Made by a program: the position numbers and the translations under genes. From assembly GCF_006345805.1 (NCBI RefSeq), contig NC_042997.1:176266001-176330000 (forward strand): a DNA stretch of 64,000 nt, written 5' to 3'. The stretch comes from Octopus sinensis (Eukaryota). The notes under the pieces were generated by a model that did no database searches, had not been told where the DNA came from, and saw only the letters and a list, made by a program, of their open reading frames with translations. Each line of letters opens with the position of its first letter. Positions within the stretch are counted from its first letter, which is position 1. Below are positions 27,079 through 40,856 of this stretch, piece after piece.

Positions 27079-30000
27079 CTTATTTTCTTTTGTTTTATTT
27101 TTGTTGTTGTTTTTTTCATTTATTAATTTATTATTTTATTTGTTAGTAATAGCAATAATGTTTAAAATGCTGCTTTTCATTAACAGCCCAATTAAGAGTT
27201 AAACCAAAATATGTCTTATTTGATATGCATTTAAGAAAGAAATTATTTTTAAAATGTATAAGCATGCTTACAAATTATTTTTGTTTTCAGTTTTCAGATG
27301 TTCTTTTGTTTTATTTATGTATAATTTTTATCTTATTTCTTTTAGATTTTTCTACAAAATGCTCTTTTTTCAATTAATTTTGAAATGTTGCTAAATTATT
27401 ATTGCATGGGAAGTTAGGAAAACCAATTTATATTTTTTGTTGGTTTCTTTTTACTGAATTTTTACTCCATTGCCAACATTCAATTATAATGATTGTTGAA
27501 TCTGTCTCACTATATAGGGATGAGTGAATCAAATAGCACATGTTCAAAGGGAATTGTTTCTGTAAAACTCTGAATAAAAATCAAACAGCAAAAATTCCTT
27601 CTGAGAATGAAATTTGAAAGAGACAGAAAAACTCAACTGAATCCGGAAATATTTAGACAATATCACCAAAATGATGTTATCATTTGTGTATATTGATAAT
27701 GAAAAATTTCACTCAATCTTTTGTCCAAAAACAACCTTTGAACGGCACACAGCCAAGTGGTCATCAGCTCAATATTATTTCATTTACAAAAAAAAAAAAG
27801 CCTTTATTGAACAGAAAAAATAGAGAAAGATGAAATAACAAAATATCTTAAATTGAAATCAAATAAAATTTTTATTTATTTTCTCCATCCACATTTAATT
27901 TTTGATTAAGAGATTCAAGAAATTATCCTTTTTCACGTATCTGATACACTTCCTCTATCCAACTTATTTTTTAAAAAAACTTTTAAACATTAATTAATCT
28001 AATACAGCTGGTTATCTAATATCGTTTACCTAATTATATCATTAACCAGGATATAAAAATTTTATCAAAATTTTGAAGCAAACTAGGTTAAATTCTTTCT
28101 ATATTGTTTTCTTTTTAATGGAAAATAAACATAGCATGTTACTTATGAATTGAAATTAATAAAAATAACCTATGAAATTCTTTATATATATTATCAAATC
28201 TTTCGCTACTCAACCATAATTTGAGGAGTATTAATCAATTTTGGCTAACAAAACTGAAACAAGTACACTCCTCTTTTGCTGCTAATTCTCTTGAGAAAGG
28301 CTTGAGTGCCACTCACTCTCTTTTTCTCCACTTTTAAATTTGTGGCATTGTGCCTAATGTAAGAGATGAACTTTTAAGAATCTTAAGAGGAGACAGAAAC
28401 CTAAATTTTGTAACAGTGTGGCTTGGAAGAGCTAAGGGTTTATTGGCTTGAATACATATGTGAGGTTTCAGCAGTTCTTCACTCAGTCTTTTGCGTATCT
28501 CTTTAAATTTATCTATCAACACTAGGAATAGCTATTTAGCAAGTAATTTTTAATAACACAAAGATTTGATAAGGTAATATTGTTAATTCTTTGGAAGTTA
28601 AAACTGATTAAATTGTTACAGATTTTGATTAACAGTTTGAAATTCTGTATTAAAATTTTTAAAAACACGTAAGTTCTTGCACAACCAAATTCAGTTCTGG
28701 CAATGAATATTTACTTCCTATGAAGTTCTTGAAAGCACTTTTTTTTATTAAATTTTTTGATATGTTTTCTTATTTCTCTATATCCTTCTTATCTTTGAAA
28801 AATATTTACTAAAACAATTGCAAAATACTAATAATACTGTTTTACTTTCTTTTTTTCATTTAAGTGGCAAATAAACCAACTTCTCTTTTATTGAAAAATG
28901 CTAGAATCAAAACAGTGGAAAAGTACTTACATTGAAGAACTGAATATCAAAAATAACTTAGCAAATATTCATTTATTGTACTAAATACTTAAATTGGTTG
29001 TTTCAATGAAACTTTTAATGCTTGAGGAATTTCTAGTCCTTTAAAGCAAATACAAAAAGTAACTGAATCACTTTCTTCTCATTTTATTCTCTTTTCTTTT
29101 AAATAATAAAATAAGTTTATGGCTCAAACTAATCAATTAGTTATATAAGTTACTGAATATTTAACTAATGAAATTTTTGCTCTTCAAATTTTTTCCTTTG
29201 CATTTCAAGTTATATGACCTTAAATGTATGTGTGTGTGAATATATACATATATACCCACACATATATGCACACTCATACATACATACACACACACAGACA
29301 TATATATATATATAAATAAATATATATATTCCTATGTATCTTACATAGGTAATCCCTCCATAAAAGAAAGTTGAACATATTGTATATAGCTTGTTGAAAA
29401 TGTTTTATGAAATGCTTTTTATTATTTCTTTTTTTCTATAATTTTTAAAGTATTATTTAAATGTAATTATTATAAAGATATTTCACTTGAAATTTTTTAA
29501 AAAATAAATTTTAAAAAGTGACAAGTCTTTCCAGTGAAAAACAAAAATTATGAAAAACTACTCTATTTAATTCTTCATGATATTCAGTGCCTGTGAATTG
29601 GTTTAAAGAATTGGGTTCGCGCTTTATTGTCTTCTATGTCAGCTACTGATGCTTGGTCTGTAGCCAGAACTATTGAAATATCTATTGATTTCTTGTTGTT
29701 TTTAATGTACATACCAAAGTAAATTTGCCTGGGAGGAAGAGGAGACAGATATTAAGTGGATCTGAAGAGTTAAAAGGTTTATTGTGCTCTTCTTTAAACC
29801 GCTATCATTGCACAACAAAAAAAATGTTTAATTTTTATTGAAACTTTTTCATCTTCTGTTTTTATTTTTTTATCCCATTCATCACAAAATGTCTTTCTAT
29901 TCATTTAATATATGAAGACATTTATATCTGCTCAATTCTTATACATCATAAAGAAAACCTTTTCTTTATTTAAGGGCCTGTTACTAAAACTTATAGATAA

Positions 30001-33000
30001 GTATGGTTTGTGAGAAAGAGTGAAGCAATACATATATGTGCATGTACATCCATGCGTATAAATATATGCATTTGAGGAAGATGTTTGTATGACATATGTA
30101 AACCAGCTCCATACACAAGTAAATCATAGACATTTACTGTCCCACCACAAGAATATTGGGCACAAATACTTTACTTGACATCAATTTCTATATTAACAGC
30201 TCATCACGACATCTGTTGATAATACTCTTGTTTTCAGCTTTCAGACATGTTGCTGGTTCATTTTTCATTGATATTAATAATGTTGCTTCAATTAATATTA
30301 CAGTTATAATCCAATAACTACCTACATGTAGATGGATTTACCAATATACGAAATATCCAGTTCTTGTTATATAGAATATACAGAGTATCTACTGTTGGTA
30401 CCATGATTTCAAGGCCCTTTGTGCATATATGTATATACTCATCTTATTCTCAACTTGAAAATCTTCAAAAATACAATATTAAGCTGTTAGTAATTTGAAA
30501 CAAATATGTTTAGAAAGGAATTAAAAGAAAATTATAAGAAAACCAGAATGGTTTGCCTTTGAAATGTTGTTGTTGGTGGTATTGTAATGTCAATTTATCT
30601 CTATGCATAAAAAAAATATTTAAAGAGTTGAATTGTTTGAAAAAATAAATAACTAAAACTCATTATAATAAAAGTTAAATGAAAAAAAATGGAAGCTTCC
30701 TATATCTTTTAAGTCATATAAATTGTTACAATTTCTATATTTTTCTTTGAAATATAGAAAATCTTGGGTTTTTTTTTTTTTTTTGAATTTTGAGTTTGTA
30801 TGATAACAAGTTTGTTATTGGTTGTAGTTGTTATGATTGATATTTTAGTGTGTTCAGTTCAATAAATATATTGAACTGAAGATATATATCAATAACTAAC
30901 ATTAAAATGTTTTGCTCTATGAGACACTCATTTTGTTCTCATATTTGCTAAAAACTTGCAAACTGCACCGTTTATGTGTTTTTCACATTTTTACTTGATT
31001 TGAAGACTATATGCATGAAATTGCTCAGACAGTATGCAAAAGAAGAAAAGAAAATTTGTTGTTAATTCTTTTCCCTGCCAATTGCATATTTATAGAATAA
31101 ATGCTTAACAAGTTTTAGATTGTTCAGTGTTTATAATTTTTGCTAGACATAGACTGTTTGTTGCTATTTTTTTTTTTTTTCCAATGAAAATGGATTGACA
31201 CTTTATGTTATTACTATCACTATGTTGTATTCCTGGTAAAAAGTTACAACTCCTGCTCAGTTTTCAATAATTTCATCAACCTAGCTATAAATAAATAACA
31301 ACCAATTGTTGTTAGGAATAGCACCTAACCATAGAAACATGCCAAAGCAGACACTGGAGCGTAACGCTGTCCTTGGGCCCATCAAACCCTGTCAAACTGT
31401 CCAACCCATGCTAGAATTTAAACATGGGCATCAAATGATGATGAGACATGGCTGTGTTGTTAAAAAGGTTTGCTTTACAATCTTACTATACAGCACCTTG
31501 TGCAACAGTCTTCTACCATAGTCTCAGGCCAATCAATACCCTGTTATTGGAACAGGATCACAGAAAACTGCAAAAGTCCTTTGAGTGAGTGTGTGTGTGT
31601 ATTTTTCGCAGATGTTATATTGACGAAGAAATATAAATATAGTGAGCAAACTAAAAAGTAAAAAAAAAATTTGGGGGAATAATAAAAATAATAAAAACAT
31701 TCTTTAAATCCTTTGTGATACTTATTCTGTACTGATTCACAAATGCTCCCTTGCCACATTTGTTGTCATAAATGTAGGGAGCCAGTGATAGACCAGTCAG
31801 AAATTTGTAACCAACAATACTATTCACTGATTGTGATATGAAATATATAATAATACTGTTCTTCACTGTAAGTAGCACAGACCTACAGTGGCTTACTATG
31901 ACTTGGTGAACCACATCACTTATTTTTTCTAACCCTACCTCATCAGAACTGCAACCTTCAGAAATTCTCTCTCAAGATTCAAGCGAGGTCGTTGCCAGTA
32001 CTGCCTGACTGGCCCCTGTGCGGGTGGCACTTAAAAAGCACCCACTACACTCTCGGAGTGGTTGGCATTAGGAAGGGCATCCAGCTGTAGAAACTCTGCC
32101 AGATCAAGATTGGAGCCTGGTGTAGCCATCTGGTTCGTCAGCTCTCAGTCAAAATCGTCCAACCCATGCTAGCATTGAAAGCGGACGTTAAACGATGATG
32201 ATGATGATTTCCTCATTAACACCAGCCTGTAAAACTTCATGCCGAACAGGAAACTTAACAGTCTGGGAGATTTCATAAATCCTTTGACACAATGAGCAAT
32301 GTTTCTCTTACTGAAAAATTACAATTTTCAATTAAAACAAAGTGCTCTATAAATTCATATGGGTGTGGTCATTAATTCAGTGCTGAAACCTAATCTTCCC
32401 ATCAACAATTTCAGTGACATATTCAAATGATGGAAAGTGTTTTTCAAGTCTCTACCATAACTACTGTTAACTTGAGTATGCTTCATAAATCACTGGATTG
32501 CACAATGTTATGATGAGACATACAGTAGATCAATTAGAATTTTTCTGCATGAAGAAAGATTAAGTGATGGCACTGTTTGATGGTGAAGTGCACTGGATAC
32601 TATTATTATCTGTACATTGTTGAGCCTATTCTATTCTTTGTTCATAGGCAGAATAGCAGTTTAAGTATCAGATGATTCATGTTAAAAAAAAAATAAACAA
32701 ACAGTGAGAAGACAGAGTGGGGTTATGCACCCTTGACCTTTTTCAAGCCCACTCAGACTGATGTAATTGATGTTTAGATTGAATTTCTGAAGTATGATGT
32801 CAGTAAGAAATAACTGATATAAGAAGGATATTCCAGTGAATTGGAGTTGAGAGAAAATGGAATGGTGAAAAGTATTCTATGTGCAGTTGAGAGGATGAAA
32901 TGCTGTTGAGATAAAACCACAGGGAGAGGCAGGTGTGTTTGGTAAGGATTGTATATAGTATGCTGGCTATCTAATGGTTGCAACATGCAAATATACCAAT

Positions 33001-34767
33001 CAGCCAGTTGTCTTTTGTTTTCTTTGGGAGGTAGTGGATGGTACGGACTAAAATGTTTGACAGCTAGATTGTTACAGATATATTTTATAAATGCTATGAC
33101 ACAATGTTTCTCTTACTGAAAAATAATTTTTGATTAAAATGAAGTGCTCTATAAGTTCATATGGGTATAGTCATTAATTCAGTGCTGAGACCTAATCTTC
33201 CCATCAACAATTTCAGTGACATATTCCTAATATAGGATGTACTTTCATTCTGTAGAAAGACCAGTAACTGATCAAAACCAAAGTATTTTTTGGTATTAAA
33301 GAGAAATTTAGCTCTTAAAAAGTGGGTGTGCTAATGACTGAACAAATATCACTGAAGCATTACAAGAGCAACTGACAACCACTGATGATTCTACAATGGT
33401 ATCTACACACCTGGAATATCCTTATTCTGTAACCTAGGAGAGATTTTTGAAGCCTCTGAATACTGCCCAGCTTTCTCAAAACGAAGTAAGATACTAGGTA
33501 CTCATAAAGAGAACTTTCTGTTTTGTCTTTCAAACCATCAGAGTGTGGAAACACAATTGAAAACATTACCTGGATATAATGATTTATGTGATAATACACT
33601 AAAAAGGTTTCTTGTTGAACTTCTCTAAGTCCATGCAAAGATTTAAGTTTACTACTGAAAACTATTAAAACACTAAAACCATTTCCTTTCAGATAGAACA
33701 ATGAATTACACCACATCATGATGAACCTTAACTTGCTAGAATTAGTAAACAAATATACTTAAGTGTGTTAAGTGATTTTCCAGATTGTGTTATAGATAGT
33801 AGATCAGTAAGTAATCCATTACTCTTTTTGTTTCAGCTAGTCAGAGCTCTCACTATTATCATACTCCAACATAAGATATAAAAGTTTTAATTGAAGGCTT
33901 AAAGCTGAAAACCCACTGTCTGAATTCAGAACTCAGTGAGATATAGAAATGTAAGAAATTTCAAAGTGAATTGAAAATATCAACATAGAGTGGAATTTTC
34001 TTTTTTGTCTGTTTAATTAAAATCCACCAAAGCAAGAGCACTTAAATATTTGCCTTAATTATGAGAAACTACATATTAGATTGTATAGAAAGTTCCATCT
34101 TATTTCAAGTCTCAACCTGTTGAAACCTGCTTTGCATAAAAACTATAAATATTGATGGCATTCAATAGTGCATGATCATTTCATGATGATTCCCTGTAGA
34201 GCATCAACTGTATTTTAGTATGTCAATTTTCTATATGAAAAACCTGTTTTGAAACCAAACAAAGAATATATTCAATACATTATGTTTTTACGAGTTTGAT
34301 CACAATTCTAATGTGAGTGAAGCAGCCAAAAATGTTCTTAAGATCAAGATGCAGTGAATGAAAGAATTTGCAGAAGGCAATTTGAAATATTCAGATGTGG
34401 CAATTTCAATTTGCTTGATCAGGACATTTTTCTGTATTAAATAACAAAATACTACAGGCACCACTAACCAGGAATCTTATTACAGTGAGTTAGCTTTTTT
34501 CTGTATTTACTGTTAGCATTATGACTATTTTGTGTTGTGTCTAGGGAGAGTCATGCCAATATTAGTATCATATGCACCAGTTCAGTTCCATTCCTTTATT
34601 TAGTCAACTAAATAAATCATTTGCTTTGACAAATATGCAAAAAAAAAAGCCATTGACCATTTAACCAAGTTAAACGATCGATTAGTTCATTTTTTTTTTA
34701 TATTCTTTTACATGTTTCAATCATTTGACTGTGGCTATGCTGGAGCACTACCTTGAAAAAATAAATC

Positions 34768-34840
34768 CATCCAATGTGGGGCTCAAACCTACAACCTCAA
34801 GATTAAGAGTCTCGTACTCTACCAACTGAGCTAGCCAGGC
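34768..34840 (-). pseudogene. tRNA-Lys(CTT) pseudogene
   Basis: Reverse complement GCCTGGCTAGCTCAGTTGGTAGAGTACGAGACTCTTAATCTTGAGGTTGTAGGTTTGAGCCCCACATTGGATG (73 nt) follows the animal Lys-CTT sequence. It has many transitions, a T-loop TTC>TTT change and an acceptor-stem mismatch; an oligo-T run follows. Confidence 0.8.
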
Positions 34841-35310
34841 TAGATATTTAACCAGTTGACTAACAATACAGGAATGGAATTGAACCAGTGCATGTGTTGT
34901 TAATATTAGTGTGATGACTCTCCCTAGACACAACAAAATATGTTTTACTTTACAAATTCGCATAATCTTGCAAACCAAATACAAAAATGAAGTAAAATTA
35001 TGACCATTCATAATGATTTAAAGAAGCTAGGAAAGGTTTCAAAACTGAGACAATGGGTTCCTCATTTTTATCTTTCAGCAGAAAATCCTTGGCAAAGGCT
35101 TCACTGTTTGAAATTGCTCCATATGCATAACTTCCCAACACCATATCTGTACTATATTTATGAAGAAAATATGTTGAGTGGTTTGTGGGATATGGAAGGA
35201 ATTATTCATTATGAGCTTTAAGAGCCAAATCAAACTGTCACTTTTGAAGTCTATTGTCAGCAAATTCACTGTTTGCACACGACTTTGGATAAAAAAACTT
35301 CTTGCCTTAA

Positions 35311-35530
35311 CCCTTTTGTTACCAACCCGGCTGAAACTGGCCCTGGCTCTGAGTACAAATGTCTTGCTTTCATAAGTTTTGAATTAAAATCTTCCACCAA
35401 ACCTTAGTCACAATTTATGTTCCTAACACTAGCTTATTGATAACTAAGTTATTTCACTAAATTCTTTGTTATATTTAAAGTAATTGAAAGAAACAGAGAG
35501 CATTTCAAAATAAATACAGTAACAAAAGGG
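35311..35530. mobile_element. Second copy of the piggyBac-type MITE, nested in the mariner remnant
   Basis: Near-identical to 17179-17398; TTAA|CCCTTTTGTTAC...GTAACAAAAGGG|TTAT. A partial reverse copy lies at about 51720-51795. Confidence 0.85.
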
Positions 35531-36264
35531 TTATAAACTATTCTGGAGGATGGTTACTTTCATGAAGATAATGCACATCTGCACAAGTCACGAAAAATCA
35601 TTTTTGAAATCATTTAGATGGGGGAAAAAAATGATATATACCTTCCATATTCTCAAAACCTTGCTCCAGCAGACTTACATTTATTTTGATATTTGCAACT
35701 CACAAAAATGCAGTCAGCAGAGAAGATACTGAAAATAAATTAAATATATATTTTAATTCAAAATCCAAGGAATTTCTCAAATCAGATATTGAAAAACTTA
35801 CAAATGGACGGAGGCAAGTAATACAGAATGAAGAATTTATAAAGATGGTTAAATTTACAATATCAAATATCACTGTTTGTACTTTTAAGTAAATACTAAA
35901 AAATTGGACAGAATTGTCTAAACATTCTGGTAATTAACAGGTTAAAATAGAGAAACTGTTGTCGATGGATCAATAAGAATAAGTTTTGTATTGCATATCT
36001 GAATTTGAAATAAATATTGGCACCTCCTAAAAATAGGCTATATTTTTTTCAAGAAGGTGGACTTGAAATATTTTTGTTAGGATACATTTATAAACACATT
36101 TTTTGCATTTCATTACAGCAAGTTAAGTTGTTATGTTGTTTTGTTTTTTTTGTGTGTTATTATGCCACTTTAAGCTACAAATTGTTTCGGACTATGAGCA
36201 ATTATGTCAAAAGAACAAGCTGTTACAATATGCTCACTCTTTGTCTTGCTAGCTTATGACATCT

Positions 36265-36318
<54 letters not shown>

Positions 36319-36389
36319 GCAGTTTCTGTGTTTTTCTCAAAAATTGAGAAAGTACGGGAGAGAAACCTATTTTTCAGATGTATTAACAA

Positions 36390-36776
36390 CTAGCAGTATC
36401 GCCCGACATTGCTCGGGTTTGTTTCAACCCTTTAGAATTGGAATTTTTGAAAAGTAAAAATTTTGCATTATGTAGCTTGTTATTCTCTTTAAGTGAACAT
36501 TTTTCTGGTTGAAATACACCGAAAAATGGCAACACAGCAGTCAAAAAATTATAAAAAATAGGGATTTTCAAAGAAAAAAAAGCACCTTTTTAATGTAAAT
36601 AATTTTTGGTGTTAACATGGTCAGATTTGAATTTTTTCTTCTACGGAAGGAAGAGCAAGCCTTCTTCTATCATACTCTCAACTTGGGTCAACTTGCACTG
36701 CCGGGTCTTGGAGGAGATAGTGTTAGTTGAAGGCTACCAAACCTGCCACACAACTTCAGCTTTATATATAGAGAGA
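36390..36776 (-). mobile_element. Non-autonomous Helitron
   Basis: On the minus strand: 5' TCTCTCTATATATAAAGCTGAAG and a 3' hairpin (CCCGA..TCGGG) followed by CTAG|T. Confidence 0.7.
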
Positions 36777-36800
36777 CTAAAATGAATATTCAACATTAAA

Positions 36801-36844
<44 letters not shown>

Positions 36845-36957
36845 CTCTCACTTTTCCATTCCTTCAGAGAAATAGTTGGTGTCAGAGGCAGTATGAGATA
36901 TGAAATACAATGGGAGTGTGTGATAGGTCATAGAAGAAGGGCTGGCAGAGTTTCGGT

Positions 36958-36989
<32 letters not shown>

Positions 36990-36999
<10 letters not shown>

Positions 37000-37658
37000 G
37001 ACATAGGCGATTCTTTCTTGTCTTGGGATTCACAGACAAATGGCTGGGTGGAATTGCGCAAAAAATTACACAGATGTGTAGAATGATCCAGTGGTGATGC
37101 TGGGCTTTGTATTTTTTCATAGCTCCCATGGTTCCCGAGATAATCCACTATAATAATACTCTTGTGTTTATGAATGAGAAAGAAAGAGGTGATGCCATTT
37201 TTTTCATAGCTCCCATGGTTACCAAGATAATCTACTATAATAATACTCTGGTGTTATGAATGAGAAAGGAAGGGGTAATAAATGAATAAGGAAGAAGGGA
37301 TGATGTCATTCTTGGTATTGGGATGATGAAAATTGTATGCTGAAAAAAATGATTCTAACACTGTTTCAACTCTGTATGTATGTAAAAGGGTGGGTTTGGT
37401 GAATGTGTGTGTGCGCGTGCAATGGAAGTGAGATGGTTCATCTTTGTTTGCTTAGTATTTGGGTTTATTTTTTGATTTGGTTGAATCTTGGTTGTTGTTT
37501 TTTTTTTGGTCAGTTATGTTTAGCATTTTGACAGAAAAAAGTAATTCTAAAATTGTTTTTTAATGTAAGCGTACCCAAACAAGTTGAATGCTTGCACAGA
37601 GCAGGCTTTACAGCCACATCATCCAAATCGACTGGGTGAAACCGGGCTTCACTGCTAG
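36990..37658 (+). mobile_element. Non-autonomous Helitron with an internal ~88-bp duplication
   Basis: Begins out of a (TA)n run; ends with GC-rich GGGTGAAACCGGGCTTCAC then TGCTAG|T; about 37110-37190 is repeated at 37198-37275. Confidence 0.6.
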
Positions 37659-38465
37659 TAGAGATATAATTGCAAAAGCTCCATAATAATAAGGATATGT
37701 AATAGATTAATAAAATTGGGAATGAAACAAAAAGCCATTTTCAAAAGAATAATATCAGAATTGGTTCTCTATTTCTATTTTCTTCAACCAGTCTCCAACC
37801 TGCATATTCTTCAGAATAAAACTGATCCATTACCATCTAAGAATCAAAAAGGAATTTCACATACAAAAATGCAACTCCTTAAAATACTTTCTGAACAAAC
37901 TTATGATTCCAGTGAAAGCATGAATGTAGAGTAGTTTGCGTGTTGGGCTCATGATCATGGGTTCAATTCTTGGATAGGTTAGTGTTTTTATCCATTGCTT
38001 ATATCCACTTAGCTAAAAACTAGTACCAGTACTAGCAGTAGACATTAACCCCATAACGGAATAGCATCATGTTAAGCTGGAAGTCCATGTACCTAAATGC
38101 TATGGAAACTGGGACAAGCTTCAAAGAATGGGCCAATGGACTCAAGACAGACATAATTCCTAAGAACTTTGGACCCATTCTTCTTTGAATTTGTCCAAAA
38201 GTGGTTGAACCAAGCAAATATCTAAATCTTTGTTTTTTATCTTTTACTTGTTTCAGTCATTGCACTGCAGCCATGTCAAGGAAGTATTTAGTTGAATAAA
38301 TCAACTCCAGTATTTCTTTTAAGTTTGATACTTACTATCTCAATCTTGTTTGCAAAACTGCTGAGTTACAGGAATCTACACAAACCAACACTGGTTGTCA
38401 AACAATGGTAAGGAACAAACAAAAGCACATACATACATACATATATATATATTTTTTTTTTACGA

Positions 38466-38712
38466 CCAGGCCATCAGATGTTGCTACACATCGCTGGTCA
38501 CAATGCGCTTCACATTGTTTTAGCTTTCAAATGACACCACCCCACTGGCTAAGAGAGCAGGCCAACAGAAGAAAGAGTGAGAAAGTTGTGGTGAAAGAGT
38601 ACAGCAGGGATCCCCACCACCCCCTGCCGGAGCCTCATGGTGCTTTAGGTGTTTTTCTGGGAATCGAAACCATGAGTCTGCTGCTCTAACCACTGGGCCA
38701 TCGCACCTCCAC
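38466..38712 (-). mobile_element. tRNA-headed SINE family D, internally deleted
   Basis: Minus strand GGAGGTGCGATGGCCCAGTGGTTAGAGC (A box)...GGTTTCGATTCCC (B box). Confidence 0.6.
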
Positions 38713-39525
38713 ACATACATATATGTGTGTGTGTGTGCACACACATACAGAGGCCTCTACACAGTTTCCACTAACCAAATTAACTCACAAGGCATTGGTC
38801 AACCTTGAGCTATAGTAGAAGATACTTAACCAAGATGCTGCACAGTGGGACTGAACCTGAAGCTACATGGTTGCAAAGCAAGCTTATTAACCACATGGCC
38901 ATATCTGCACCTACAAGAAAGTATTCATTAAAAATTGGAAACAAAAAAAATTCAATTTTCAAAGGTAATATATCAGAAATCATTGAAAAAATGGTTAATC
39001 AAAGTAAAAAGAATTTCTAGTGCATAGTATCATTTATTTTTCTCTTCTTTCACTCTGCTTGTTTTTCAAAACCAGAATAGAAGAGAAAAAAATAAAAACT
39101 GAACAAATTTTCATTCAGCAAGTCCCTTTTTGTCCCTGCTAAATTGAATAATTTTTTTAAATATTATTTAGGGAAACTTGCAAACATGCAAAGAAAAATA
39201 TAATATACATCATTGTCATAGATTTTGTCATCATTTTTACATCCAGTTTTTCCATGTTGGCATGGGTTAGATGGGGCATTTTTGAGGCAGTTTTCTCTGA
39301 ACTGATGTTCTTATTTTCAAAAGGGGTACTTTATTTCAGATTTTTAGATATCAACTGCGAAGTTCCAAGACCTTTTGTTTATGCAAGATATAACATCCCC
39401 ACAGTCCAAGTGGTATCATTTTGAACACACATACACATTTACAATGAGCTTCCTTACAGTTTGTATCCAAAAAACTTCATTCATAGAGAACTGGTCATTC
39501 CAAAATTGTAGCAGAAGACACTCTT

Positions 39526-39830
39526 TTACTTCTTTCAGTCAATTGACTGTGGCCATGCTGGAGCACCACCTTTTGTCAAACAAATCGACCCCAGGACTTA
39601 TTCTTTGTAAACCTAGTACTTTTTCTATCGGTCTCTTTTGCCGAACTGCTAAGTTACAGGGACGTAAACATACCAGCATTGGTTGTCAAGTGATATTGGG
39701 GGGACAAACACAGACACAAACATATACACACACGTACATATATATATGTATATATAAGAGATAATGGTGTCATTGAGGACACTATAAATGCTCTAATATC
39801 TATACAGCCTTGGTTTTTTATCTCATGCAA

Positions 39831-39861
<31 letters not shown>

Positions 39862-40026
39862 CGACGGGCTTCTTTCAGTTTCAATCTACCAAATCCACTC
39901 ACAAGGCTTTGGTCGACCCGAGGCTATAGTAGAAGACACTTGCCCAAGGTGCCACACAGTGAGACTAAACCCGGAACCATGTGGTTGGTAAGCAAGCTAC
40001 TTACCACACAGCCACTCCTACGCCTA
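39526..40026 (-). mobile_element. SINE family A, full length, with an insertion in the central (TA)n
   Basis: Reverse-complement match to 54276-54670. Confidence 0.85.
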
Positions 40027-40451
40027 TTCTATGCTTTTACAGTCATGTGTTCAAGATGCTTTGGAATTGACCCCAAAGCAACATGATAGCAAAGTGAACA
40101 TCTATACCATACACTTAGAACTGTGACTTACACTTGAGGAAAAACAAGAATTGTTGATATTTAGCTCCAGGTCATTTTGAGTGAGCAAATGTATGGCAGA
40201 TACATTCCAGTTATGACTACTCTGTCTTTGTTTCAGACACTAAGAACCGTAAATGACATTATCCAATATATCATTTTGTAAATTTTATTATAAGATTATA
40301 GGTACTGGCATAGTTAACCATAGGGTTACATTTGCTACCCAACCATGTGTTTGGAGGTCGTTTCCACTGCATAACATTGTGAGTAGGTGTCTTCTAATAT
40401 AGCCTTAGGTTTATCAACAATGAATTCTGAGTGAAAACTGAAATCTCTCTT

Positions 40452-40856
40452 TTACTCTTTTACTTGTTTCAGTCATTTGACTGCGGCCATGCTGGAGCAC
40501 CGCCTTTAGTCGAGCAAATCGACCCCGGGACTTATTCTTTGTAAGCCCAGTACTTATTCTATCGGTCTCTTTTGCTGAACCGCGAAGTTGGTAAACACAC
40601 CAGCATCAGTTGTCAAGCAATGCTAGAGGGACAAACACAGGCACACAAACATATACACACACATACATATATATATATACATACATATATACGACAGGCT
40701 TCTTTCAGTTTCCGTCTACCAAATCCACTCACAAAGCTTTGGTCAGCCCGAGGCTATAGCAGAAGACACTTGCCCAAGATGCCACGCAGTGGGACTGAAC
40801 CCGAAACCATGTAGTTGGTTAGCAAGCTACTTACCACACAGCCACTCTTGCGCCTA
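40452..40856 (-). mobile_element. SINE family A, full length, young
   Basis: Reverse-complement match to 54276-54670, including the GTAAAAGA-repeat tail. Confidence 0.9.

Larger units (their letters stand above)
34240..35900 (+). mobile_element. Degenerate mariner-type transposase remnant interrupted by younger insertions
   Basis: Colinear fragments: IMFYEF..NVSEAAKN (HTH), LKKLGKVSKLRQWVPH, WDMEGIIHYEL, HEDNA, YSQNLAPADLHLF (YSPDLAPSD-like), DIEKL...RQVIQN; many frameshifts. Confidence 0.85.

Noticed and set aside
30853-30880. 12-bp perfect hairpin TTCAGTTCAATA/TATTGAACTGAA
   Set aside because: Short and AT-rich; plausible by chance. The 11-bp stem near 24974-25015 is rejected for the same reason.
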